Source of the DNA: a virus
Lineage: Duplodnaviria > Caudoviricetes
Length of the DNA stretch: 64,000 bases
Virus record (IMG/VR): IMGVR_UViG_3300021167_000128
Location: 16,637-80,636 of that record
Direction: 5' to 3' (one strand)
In this document: positions 30,513-39,331 of the stretch, in pieces
How the letters are laid out: every line of letters starts with the position of its first letter
Position numbering within the stretch: the first letter of the stretch is position 1
Notes under the pieces: model-generated
Told to the model about the DNA's origin: nothing
Seen by the model: only the letters and a program-made list of their open reading frames with translations
The model's database searches: none
Program-made: the position numbers and the translations under genes

Positions 30513-30614
30513 TTAGTAACCTTCCTTATAAAATAAATTACTTCCATCATCGTACTCATAGAATACCTGACCGTTCTCTTCTTGAAGAATAAACTCTTTA
30601 ATAGTTTTTGTCAT
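30513..30614 (-). CDS. 33-aa stub paralogous to the deacetylase N-terminus
   Basis: MTKTIKEFILQEENGQVFYEYDDGSNLFYKEGY with AAGG RBS. Confidence 0.55.
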   Translation of the reverse strand: MTKTIKEFILQEENGQVFYEYDDGSNLFYKEGY

Positions 30615-30634
30615 AGTTACCTTAAAGTTAAATG

Positions 30635-30967
30635 TTATTTATAGCATCTAAGTAATGCTTCTTTTCTGGCAGAGAATAAACTATCAGAAGTTGATGTAGA
30701 TTTCTGTTCAAATATTCTTACCCTATAAAGTCCATCAAATATAAGAAAAGAATCTCCCTTATCTATAAAATTAGTCTTTCGTTTTCTTGGTATATAATCC
30801 TCTACAACAAGCAATTTATCTCTAAATTTAATATGCCCGAAGTGCGGAATTAATCCTTTTAGTCCGATAGACCTAGTTACAAATAAAGAAGATTTCATTC
30901 TATTATGAAACCACATACCAACTGCAAATATAAGACAGTTCATTCTAAATCTTATATCGTTTAGCAT
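30635..30967 (-). CDS. hypothetical protein
   Basis: Abuts the portal stop codon. Confidence 0.5.
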   Translation of the reverse strand: MLNDIRFRMNCLIFAVGMWFHNRMKSSLFVTRSIGLKGLIPHFGHIKFRDKLLVVEDYIPRKRKTNFIDKGDSFLIFDGLYRVRIFEQKSTSTSDSLFSARKEALLRCYK

Positions 30968-32451
30968 TATGCTGTATTTTCTAGGTTATTAGAACTTGTA
31001 TCTTCTCCTGAAGCATTAGAGCTAGTTCCATTGATACCACCAGCAGCTAATCCATCGCCAGAACGAGAAGAGTTCCCTGTTAGAATATCCTTTCTAGGAG
31101 GTTCATCATCAGGGTATGGATCAATTCCGATTGAAGATCTAATGGAATTAAGAACATCACGATCAAGCTCAACAAGGCCAGAGGTAGCAACACGCTGCCA
31201 AAACTTACTGGTAAGCTCCAAGTCTGGTGAATGGAGATTTTCATAGTCAAGCTCACAGAAGCGGCCCGTGAATCCATTGAGTTCATATAATTGTCTAACA
31301 ACATCACGCTCAAGAGACTCTACAATATTGTCTAACATAGACTCAATAGCTGCACCTGTTAAGGAAGATTTAAGCTGCCCAACTGCAAATGAACCTACGC
31401 CATTAGTCCCTAAAACTAAGAGATCTCCACCTAAACCTACATATATTTGATTTTGATAATATGTCTTGATATCCGAAATGTCATAATTCTTCTTACCACC
31501 TTCAGAAGAAAGAAGACTAATATCAAATAAAGGTTGTCTAGTCATTTCATCTACAGCAGATGGAATCATAATACCTGACTGAGAATTAGCTTGTAGATTT
31601 CTTAGAATATTCTTTAAATTTTCAAGAATAGTTTTCTGTTCTACTGAAGCATCAGCAGACATATATTGTGCAGGAACCTTGAAAACGGGTATCCCCTGAA
31701 GATCCTTCTGAACTCCAGTAGCTTCCATTTCAGCTAAAGCTTCTAAATATCTCCAAGCCATATATACATCACGTAATGGAGATTTACCAAAAGGATCTTG
31801 TCTATTTCTGCCTACAGTGATATGAAGGAATTTACTTCTAGGAATTACCACAGAACCTTTTCTAGTTCGTCTATAAAGGTTAGAAACTAAGTCTAAATTT
31901 TGCTTTACGCCTTTAATATCTCCAGTCTTCTCATCAAACAAGAATCCTTCAATGGTTTCCTGATTACGCAGAGAAATCTTCTTCAGACCAATCTTATTAT
32001 CTGAATAAATACTTCCGCTCTCTTTATTACGTTTTCGATATACTTTTTCTAGAATAGCAAAACCATAAATATTAGAACTTAATGCATCTTTAATGATAGA
32101 CCTGAAAGGAACATCCATATCATGTAGGCAATCTTCAATAAACTTGGTTTGTTCAAGTTCTTGTGTAGATGCATCTTTAGGAGGTTTAACTCTCCATTTA
32201 ACTTTAGAAATAAGGTTCTCAAATAAAGACAAACAAGCATTCACAGGAACACTATACGTCATCTTTTTATAAGTTAATACACTATTTGGCCACTGTAAAT
32301 CTTGCTGTAGTTCATCATAGGTTACACCTGAAAATATATTAAGACCAGAAGAACCAATAGCTGATAACTTAAACTTCTCAGGTGTATCCATATCAGAAAC
32401 TGCCTTTTGAATTTCTACAATTTCTTTTTGCATAGCTTTCGCTTTCTGCAT
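30967..32451 (-). CDS. portal protein (DUF935-like)
   Basis: P.GKSPLRDVY, EA.GVQKDLQGIP, GSFAVG; follows the terminase. Confidence 0.88.
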   Translation of the reverse strand: MQKAKAMQKEIVEIQKAVSDMDTPEKFKLSAIGSSGLNIFSGVTYDELQQDLQWPNSVLTYKKMTYSVPVNACLSLFENLISKVKWRVKPPKDASTQELEQTKFIEDCLHDMDVPFRSIIKDALSSNIYGFAILEKVYRKRNKESGSIYSDNKIGLKKISLRNQETIEGFLFDEKTGDIKGVKQNLDLVSNLYRRTRKGSVVIPRSKFLHITVGRNRQDPFGKSPLRDVYMAWRYLEALAEMEATGVQKDLQGIPVFKVPAQYMSADASVEQKTILENLKNILRNLQANSQSGIMIPSAVDEMTRQPLFDISLLSSEGGKKNYDISDIKTYYQNQIYVGLGGDLLVLGTNGVGSFAVGQLKSSLTGAAIESMLDNIVESLERDVVRQLYELNGFTGRFCELDYENLHSPDLELTSKFWQRVATSGLVELDRDVLNSIRSSIGIDPYPDDEPPRKDILTGNSSRSGDGLAAGGINGTSSNASGEDTSSNNLENTA

Positions 32452-32460
32452 ATTTTCTCC

Positions 32461-34200
32461 TTAAATAAAAGGTGTTGGAAGCGTAGCACCTGAAATAGGA
32501 ACTGAAGCAATAAATGGAATTTTATTATTAGACCCTGAGTATAAATCAGGTACGGTAAATTCAGGTAAAACAATATCTTTATTGAGAACAAAGAATGCAT
32601 CACTTAAAGTATCCGCAACGTCATCATGTGTATGGTGAGAGAAGTCCATATTCTCTAGCTCTGTAAATGCTTCCTCCAACCACTCCCCATTAACAAACTT
32701 TACATACTTTGCTTCTGCTGCACTTGCAAATGGAAGAAATCTTGCTTGTTTACCTTTCTCTGGTCTTACTAGCTTAGTGTGAAATCCTCGTTCTGCTAAT
32801 CGTCTAGATAAGTCTCTGCAATATGCACCCGCTGTTGCACCAGGATCTAATGGAAGAATAATAGTAACTTCTCTACCATCTTTCTCTGCTACATTGAAGA
32901 TCATACGTTCTACTTCATGCACTCTATCTCGCATTAATACACAATCTTCTACTGTATAAAAGTTTAATTTATCTTTAGATACAAGAGTTCCACATGTAGC
33001 ATCAACATCTGGACGAACTTCTGATGGTTTAGAAAATGCTAAATCCCATGCTCTCACTCGCTTAGTAGCTGCAAAGTTAGGCAAATCTACAACTTCAACC
33101 CATTCTCGTTTAAAGTAACCTGAAGCGGATTCTCTTGCATACCATGATCCAAGTAATAGACGTTCCATTTCAACACGGGGAAGAGAACGAAGAGTAGAGA
33201 GATATTCAGGGTTATTCTTGAGTAGAACCTTATTATCTTCTGCTGTAGCTGGAATAAACCTAAAAGATTTAATACCAGAATCTCTCTTATTTCCATAGAT
33301 TGCTACAGCATCTTCTTTTTTATCAAACCACTTGATTCCTCCATTATTTGTATTTACATAATAACGTAATGGGTAATTATGCCCATCAATTCTTTTAGGG
33401 ATACCTCGTTCATCTAAACAAAATTCTACCCATTTACGAAGAAACGAATTGTAGTCTGGGTTACAAGTAGCTACAGCCCGAACAGGGTAATCAACAATAG
33501 TTGAACGAAGACGAGAAAGAGCGTATAGTACGTTATCTTCGGTAAGCTGTTGGCACTCATCAAATGCCATAAAAGAATATTCCTTACCTTGAAGGTTATT
33601 TCTATCTTGAGGTTTGTCTAAGTATGTAAATTGAAGGACTGCACCTGAGCTAAATGTAATAATTAGGTCTTTATTATTTACTCTAATCTTGGGATCTACT
33701 TTGTAGAATAACTGAATTGCAGCGTCAAATAGACCACCTGCACCTGCAAGCATTCGGGTAGTTTGACGGATAACAATAGCTCTGGTGCCAGGATGATGAC
33801 AAATTGGAAGGATAGATCCTAGAATAGCTGCTGATTTACCAGCACCTGCTGCCTAAACTGTTGTGTGCTTCGCTAGAGCACTCCCAAGTTTCCTTGGGTG
33901 TCGGACCATATCTTGCTCCCTAATAAATCAGGGAACCCTACTGTTTCGTGTTCGCTTGAACTCTACTTCCTTGCGGAATGGCCTCTACACACGCCAGAAG
34001 ATTTCTCTTCAGCTTGGCTCGGTATTGCCCTCGACTAATAATTTATATTACGTTAGGGTTTCACCGAATTAAATAGGTTTTAAATGGAGGCGCAATTCAC
34101 CACCATAAACTGTTAATGAAGCTGTACTATTCAGAAATACCTCTTGAGGCTTACTACAAGGTGCAAAAACTATATCTTTACTTTGATTATTCGCTGTCAT
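32461..34200 (-). CDS. terL: terminase large subunit, spliced: exon 1 34200-34099, exon 2 33852-32461 (497 aa)
   Basis: Splicing restores the Walker A YGG^AAGAGKS; Walker B AFDECQ; nuclease RAWDLA and HDDVAD. Confidence 0.92.
33853..34098 (-). ncRNA. group I self-splicing intron (IA-like), no ORF, 246 nt
   Basis: Exon ends in U, intron ends in G; P1 AUGGUGGU/GCCUCCAU with U-G at the splice site; core elements AAUUCGGUGAAAC, AAUACCGAGCCAAG, GUAGAGGCCAU, AAGAUAUGGUCC; P9 hairpins. Confidence 0.92.
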
Positions 34201-34570
34201 CATCAAGCATCTTTAAACTAAATACTGGAGCTGGAGGATCTTGAGTAATTTCTTCTGCAACATCCTCATCATACCTGTAATCGTATAGATCTTTTAATAG
34301 TGCTCTATGTGTTTCAATTAACAATGCAGCAGCACGAAGCTTAGATCCATCATTAGATTCTGCATTGTCGATAACCTTAACAGCAGCTTGAATAGCTTTA
34401 GTCTGTAATGGTTTAAACTTGCGTACAAGACTTAGTAATTCCTCCTGCCTCAATTCTCGATTAGTCTTTTTCTCTTTATCTTGTTGTTCTGATTTCTTTG
34501 GACGGCCATTGACATTTCTCCCATTTTCGGGACCGCGCCATCCTGTTTTTTTAACCTTTTCAACTGTCAT
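34187..34570 (-). CDS. terS: terminase small subunit
   Basis: GW.GP.NG.N.NGRPK N-terminus, helical body; overlaps terL exon 1. Confidence 0.7.
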   Translation of the reverse strand: MTVEKVKKTGWRGPENGRNVNGRPKKSEQQDKEKKTNRELRQEELLSLVRKFKPLQTKAIQAAVKVIDNAESNDGSKLRAAALLIETHRALLKDLYDYRYDEDVAEEITQDPPAPVFSLKMLDDDSE

Positions 34571-34732
34571 TAAATTCTTCCTCCTTTATATAAAACTAAA
34601 GCCCTAGCAGGATAAAACCTGCAGGGCTATTTTTGAGCATCTGGTTGAGATTAAACTAACTACTTCAAAGAAAGGTATTCTATCATATAAACTACAGATG
34701 CAATACCTGATTATATAACAGATATAATAAGT

Positions 34733-34823
34733 TGGCGGAAAATGATAGCATCGAACTATTAACCCTGCTTAGGTGTTACCACGGTTTTCAAGACCGTTCA
34801 GGGAGCCAACCCCGGCATTTTCC
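34733..34823 (-). tRNA. tRNA-Ser(UGA)
   Basis: Cloverleaf with long variable arm, ACGGT-CTTGAAA-ACCGT, encoded CCA. Confidence 0.9.
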
Positions 34824-34917
34824 TTTAATTGTATTCGTGAGCAGGATGATTTACAAGGTTAACCTGCCTGTCCTTGATTTACGGCTATAACATATCACGT
34901 ACTATCTTACAACTATC

Positions 34918-35094
34918 TTAATTCTTATTAGACAATACTTTTGCCAAGTTCATTGCAGAACTATTCCATAAAGGAACATTTGACATTAAAATATTAGCTT
35001 GTTCAATTGTATCCATAAGAATTTGATTCTGAATTTTTAAGACTTCAATCTCAGCTTTCAATTCCTGAATAATAACTTCACTTGCTTTATCCAT
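34918..35094 (-). CDS. 58-aa coiled-coil protein between tRNAs
   Basis: ATG 35094 after AAGGA; the track start at 35160 lies inside tRNA-Leu. Confidence 0.5.
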   Translation of the reverse strand: MDKASEVIIQELKAEIEVLKIQNQILMDTIEQANILMSNVPLWNSSAMNLAKVLSNKN

Positions 35095-35130
35095 AATATT
35101 ATTCCTTATGTTTAATGTAGGACTATTAAT

Positions 35131-35215
35131 TGGTGCGTTTGGAGGGACTTGAACCCACACGCCTTACGGCAATAATTCCTAAGACTATCGCGGCTACCTA
35201 TTACGCCACAAACGC
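35131..35215 (-). tRNA. tRNA-Leu(UAG)
   Basis: ATAGT-CTTAGGA-ATTAT, variable arm, GGTTCAAGTCC, CCA. Confidence 0.9.
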
Positions 35216-35222
35216 AAAAGTG

Positions 35223-35298
35223 TGGTCTAAGCGGTTGGACTCGAACCAGCGACCATATGCTCCCAAAGCATATGCGCTACCAACTACGCTACACTTAG
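35223..35298 (-). tRNA. tRNA-Pro(UGG)
   Basis: TATGC-TTTGGGA-GCATA, GGTTCGAGTCC, CCA. Confidence 0.9.
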
Positions 35299-35363
35299 AC
35301 TAATAAACTTTAGTAATTATAATACATTTAGCCACATCAGTTTGCTGGATTTGGTAGGAACTG

Positions 35364-35437
35364 TGGTGCCTCAGGAGGGAATCGAACCCCCATAAGATGA
35401 TTACAAGTCATCCGTAATACCTTTATACGACCGAGGC
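35364..35437 (-). tRNA. tRNA-Thr(UGU)
   Basis: GATGA-CTTGTAA-TCATC, GGTTCGATTCC, CCA. Confidence 0.9.
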
Positions 35438-35519
35438 GACTCCTAATAGCTCAAACCTTCTTTATACCTTTCCTAGACTGTATTTGTTATTACTCCCTCA
35501 CTGAGCTACAGTGACTATC

Positions 35520-35747
35520 TTAATCATAAAATATAGCTTCGGTTCTATAACCGTTTGGATTAAGATCTAAAAATAACTCCTTTTTAACCTCGATTGAACT
35601 ATACTCGTCATCCTCAACCTTGTCAACAACAGTATTCAAACATCTATCGCAAATACAGTCGCCAGCTTCAAGCAAATTAGCTATATATAACGAATCACAA
35701 ATAATACAAGGTTTCGTTATGTTATACCTAAAATTACTCATTGTCAA
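35520..35747 (-). CDS. small CxxC-CxxC zinc-finger protein
   Basis: CIIC...CDRC. Confidence 0.55.
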   Translation of the reverse strand: MTMSNFRYNITKPCIICDSLYIANLLEAGDCICDRCLNTVVDKVEDDEYSSIEVKKELFLDLNPNGYRTEAIFYD

Positions 35748-35949
35748 CTCCTAGTGAAATTTATTATTATTGTAGGTAGAGTGCGCTGACTTCTTACCAA
35801 GATAGATAATAGTTTCAGCGACTCTAGTTTTCACCGTCGAAAGGAAGTAAGCCGGTGTTGTGTATGGTCTGACTAAAGATTAGAAATTTATAGTTTCTTA
35901 AAATAAATTCTAAGACTTTATTATTTCACATTAATCAGCATACACAACT

Positions 35950-35978
35950 ATTATATATTACACTTTATTGTTTGTCAA
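35950..35978 (-). promoter_or_regulatory. consensus sigma70 promoter for the tRNA/terminase block
   Basis: TTGACA-N17-TATAAT. Confidence 0.85.
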
Positions 35979-36067
35979 TAGTAATTACTAAATAGTATTC
36001 ATCGCATGTTCTTTTACAGAACTGAAACTATCCTGTTGGAGAATAGCAATATTATATTTTATACTTA

Positions 36068-36181
36068 TCATTTATCCTTTCTAAAGTTTAATTCAGATTC
36101 TAGCACATATCTCATATTGTCTGAGATATATTGCAAATCTAGAACAGCTTGAAGATGTGTGAGTTCCATATCTTTGCTCAT
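36068..36181 (-). pseudogene. 37-aa orphan copy of the C-terminus of ORF 37020-37412
   Basis: MSKDMELTHLQAVLDLQYISDNMRYVLESELNFRKDK, with AGGAGA RBS. Confidence 0.7.
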
Positions 36182-36190
36182 ATCATTCTC

Positions 36191-37036
36191 CTAGTAGTTT
36201 GTCACTAAAACTTCATTGGCTTCCTTGCCGCGCTTGCCGCCATTGCAGTTGATAGCGCGGGTAGCGTGAATGATTTCGATGTTAAACTCTTTGTACAATT
36301 CGTGGATAACTGGTGTGTTGGAGTTGGACAACATCACCTTCACCCCTTTATTCGCCAAGTCAGTAAACACCTTTGCAAGCTCGGCTTGGTCATTCAGGCC
36401 AAAGCCGCCTTTGACATAACTCGCGAAGCTGGCTGTTTTCGTCATCGGGGCATAGGGCGGATCGAAGTACACAAAATCACCGGGCTGCGCTTCGTCCAAA
36501 ACAAACTGATAGCCGCTGTGCTTGATTTCCACATCGCATGTGTTCAGGTATTCGCTGATGGCCCGCAGGTTTTCCGTATCCACAATTTTCGGATTTTCGT
36601 ACCGGCCAAATGGCGAATTGAATTGACCGCTTTTGTTCTCGCGGTATAGCCCATTGAAGCAAGTTTTATTCAGGAAAATAAATCTGCTTGCCCTCTGCAC
36701 AGCCGTCATTGTTGGGAGTTTTTTAGCACGAACAGCATAGAAGTGCGCTTCTTCATTCTTGTGCGTCCGCAAGCTCCTGATAAGCGCCTCAACATCATCA
36801 CGGATCACCTGGTAGCAGTTGATCAATTCCGGGTTTGCATCGGAGATTGTCGCGCTATCTGGCAGTTGTGAGAATAAGTACGCACCCCCACCGATGAAGG
36901 GTTCGTAATACCTGTCAAAATTGTCTGGTGCGGCAGCGTGCAGAATATCTAGCAATTGCCGCTTGCCGCCTACCCATTTAACAAAGGGGCGTGGCGGTGG
37001 GACAATGTGTTTTGGGCAATCAAATACTTTTAGCAT
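36191..37036 (-). CDS. dam: Dam-family (D12 class) N6-adenine DNA methyltransferase
   Basis: KWVGGK, EPFIGGG, FLNKTCFNGLYR.N..G.FN.P.G, YFDPPY; GC-richer than its flanks. Confidence 0.9.
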   Translation of the reverse strand: MLKVFDCPKHIVPPPRPFVKWVGGKRQLLDILHAAAPDNFDRYYEPFIGGGAYLFSQLPDSATISDANPELINCYQVIRDDVEALIRSLRTHKNEEAHFYAVRAKKLPTMTAVQRASRFIFLNKTCFNGLYRENKSGQFNSPFGRYENPKIVDTENLRAISEYLNTCDVEIKHSGYQFVLDEAQPGDFVYFDPPYAPMTKTASFASYVKGGFGLNDQAELAKVFTDLANKGVKVMLSNSNTPVIHELYKEFNIEIIHATRAINCNGGKRGKEANEVLVTNY

Positions 37037-37412
37037 CACATGCTCCTTTCCTAAACTCAAGTTCTTTCTCAAGTACAATTCTGAACTTACTCCCTAGATA
37101 ACGCAAATCTAGGATACTAAAGATATGATCCGTATCTAAATCTTTAATCTTAACCTTCTTCAAAGGCTGATCTCCAGCCTTCCCGCGAGTTCCCCATTGT
37201 AGAGTATCTCGAATCTTACTGAACTCATCCTCTAGTGTCAAACTTAGTTCTTCATAATTCCTATCCCCACATCGTTTAAGATATTCAAGCCCACCATCTA
37301 CAGCATAAAATTTACCATTAGCGTCAGAGTGGCTTACAAAGTCATGAACGGAACGACTTTCAAGGATAGTTCCATCTGGAGTACGGATAGCGTTATAGAT
37401 TAGGTCTGACAA
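37020..37412 (-). CDS. conserved phage hypothetical protein
   Basis: NAIRTPDGTILES...HDF, VDGG..YLKR, WGTRGK. Confidence 0.7.
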   Translation of the reverse strand: MSDLIYNAIRTPDGTILESRSVHDFVSHSDANGKFYAVDGGLEYLKRCGDRNYEELSLTLEDEFSKIRDTLQWGTRGKAGDQPLKKVKIKDLDTDHIFSILDLRYLGSKFRIVLEKELEFRKGACDAKSI

Positions 37413-37835
37413 TTATGCACTCCAATCTTCTGTAATTTCAATAAAGTTATAGCCACAAGTTGTAAGGTAGTTGGTTGGACTCTCGAGTTTTTTAATCCAA
37501 CCTCCATAGGAGCCATTTGAACTATTACGAAAGATCACATCACAGTACCCTTTAGTTGTAGTAATTTTATAGCCATATACTTGGTCATACTCTTGTCTGC
37601 AACGTCCATCATTTATGTTATACTCATCTAATACATTAATAGAAATTTCTTCTACAGAAAGAACTTTGTTTCCAATTAAGAAATTCGTTCCAAGAACGTC
37701 TGCAAACCAAGTATTAGAACAACACTCTTCTTCAGTTTCATAAATATATTCTTCATTATCAGTTATGAAAGCTAGAACACTCTCACCTTCACTAATCAGG
37801 ACTTTCTTTACAGTATTACTAACTAGTTCTTTCAT
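37413..37835 (-). CDS. hypothetical protein
   Basis: ECCSNTWF, FRNSSNGSYGGW; ATG 37835 after GAGG. Confidence 0.65.
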   Translation of the reverse strand: MKELVSNTVKKVLISEGESVLAFITDNEEYIYETEEECCSNTWFADVLGTNFLIGNKVLSVEEISINVLDEYNINDGRCRQEYDQVYGYKITTTKGYCDVIFRNSSNGSYGGWIKKLESPTNYLTTCGYNFIEITEDWSA

Positions 37836-37842
37836 ATCTACC

Positions 37843-38817
37843 TCAAAGTTTAAAATTAGTTTCAATCTTATTTACAACATGACCGGTACCTTTACAACAG
37901 TCACATTGCTCAACTTCAGAATTAATAATATCCATAAGTTTTGTAAGGTATTCCTCAAGTTTAACCTTCATATCTCCAAGACTGCTTGCATTTAGTGCCT
38001 GGATCGGAGTATATCCTTGATAGCCTGTAGACTTACCTCCATATCCACTCCAAGTCATTTCAAAGACCTCAAAAAGATCTTCCGTAGATTTCTTATACTT
38101 TGTAACTGCAGAAGGTTCTTTTTTGATAACTTTCTTTACAGTAAAACAAAAGTCATAGTCTGATGTAATTCTTGCTTCACTCGGATTAATATTTTCTTTT
38201 ACATAATAACGAATAATCTTAAACATCTGTTCACTGCTGAGAGTACAAGGACAATTATGAACAAGGAATTCAGGAGTGAGTATTTCATGTAGTTCTTCGT
38301 AGCGAACAATAGAAGAAAGATCAACATTAGTAGGTTTTCCATCAGTTCTTTCATGTTTCTGTTTAATAATTATTTTTTCTGGAGAATTATAATTCTCCAC
38401 TTCGATTTCTCCCAAATCGATAAGCTCAAAAGGAACCTCTTCTAGTTGTTCAGGAATATCATCAAACTTAGGCTTATATAGATAAGCAAATTCTTTATAT
38501 TCTCCAGAATAACCATAAATATCATCATCATCTTCAACAGGAGTTAGTTGTTCAAGAGTAAGAAAAGCTGGGATATTATCCGAGGCAAGGGAAGTGCTCT
38601 TTAGTTCATAACCGACAAGAGTTTTCTTAGTTGGTACTTTCTTCTTGATAGAGAAAGGAATATTATCAATTTTGTACCATCTATTATTTAGTTCCTGAAT
38701 ATTATCTACATAAGTATCATCAATATACGTGCAGTAACTATTTAGATCATACACATAACTATGTGCGATTTTAAATATAACACCTACATTAGTGCTGTAG
38801 TATTTGATTTTAAGCAT
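37843..38817 (-). CDS. conserved phage hypothetical protein with C-terminal CxCxG zinc ribbon
   Basis: ITSDYDFCFTVKK, CDCCKGTG. Confidence 0.7.
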   Translation of the reverse strand: MLKIKYYSTNVGVIFKIAHSYVYDLNSYCTYIDDTYVDNIQELNNRWYKIDNIPFSIKKKVPTKKTLVGYELKSTSLASDNIPAFLTLEQLTPVEDDDDIYGYSGEYKEFAYLYKPKFDDIPEQLEEVPFELIDLGEIEVENYNSPEKIIIKQKHERTDGKPTNVDLSSIVRYEELHEILTPEFLVHNCPCTLSSEQMFKIIRYYVKENINPSEARITSDYDFCFTVKKVIKKEPSAVTKYKKSTEDLFEVFEMTWSGYGGKSTGYQGYTPIQALNASSLGDMKVKLEEYLTKLMDIINSEVEQCDCCKGTGHVVNKIETNFKL

Positions 38818-38847
38818 TTGTTTTCCTTTCGTTTAAACACAGGTTAC

Positions 38848-38876
38848 ATCCTAACCTCTCTAACCTACCTTGTCAA
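38848..38876 (-). promoter_or_regulatory. leftward sigma70 promoter
   Basis: TTGACA-N17-TAGGAT. Confidence 0.65.
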
Positions 38877-39014
38877 CACCCCTAGAACCTTCCAGAACGC
38901 TCTAGGATTGATTATAATTACGTTCCTGCTAGGGATATACCTAGAGGACTGTAGCACGTGTTGTAGAGGCTGTAAAGAGGTTTGTGATGCACTCAACTTA
39001 TCTTAACTTACCCG

Positions 39015-39043
39015 TTGACAAGCACTAGTACATAGCCTATAAT
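39015..39043 (+). promoter_or_regulatory. rightward consensus sigma70 promoter (divergent pair)
   Basis: TTGACA-N17-TATAAT. Confidence 0.85.
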
Positions 39044-39072
39044 TAACTTACCTATTTAAACAAGGAGTAGCT

Positions 39073-39321
39073 ATGACTAAACTAGAAGAATTCCTGCAAT
39101 CCAAGCACACTGCTGCTACTAAACTACTTCTCATCTGGTTCAAACAAAGAGAAGCTCAAGACATCAAGAATAAGATTTCTGTACGTTCTATCTGTAAAGA
39201 ACTTAACCTGAGTCACATGACGGTACTATCTTCTGTTGCTGCACTGGAAGATGATAAGTATATTGTCGTGCATGATAATGGTAAGTGGCATGATGCATAT
39301 GAATACTTTGTGACTATTTAA
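39073..39321 (+). CDS. winged-HTH DNA-binding protein
   Basis: ISVRSICKELNLSHMTVLSSVAALEDDKYI. Confidence 0.65.
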   Translation: MTKLEEFLQSKHTAATKLLLIWFKQREAQDIKNKISVRSICKELNLSHMTVLSSVAALEDDKYIVVHDNGKWHDAYEYFVTI

Positions 39322-39331
39322 GGAGATACGT

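Noticed and set aside
32461-33753. terL as given by the ORF track (430 aa)
   Set aside because: Lacks Walker A; the true gene is the spliced 497-aa product
38880-38995. Purine/pyrimidine-skewed intergenic tracts (similar ones near 48490-48600 and 54060-54170)
   Set aside because: They look alike in style, but I could not define a shared motif or structure by eye
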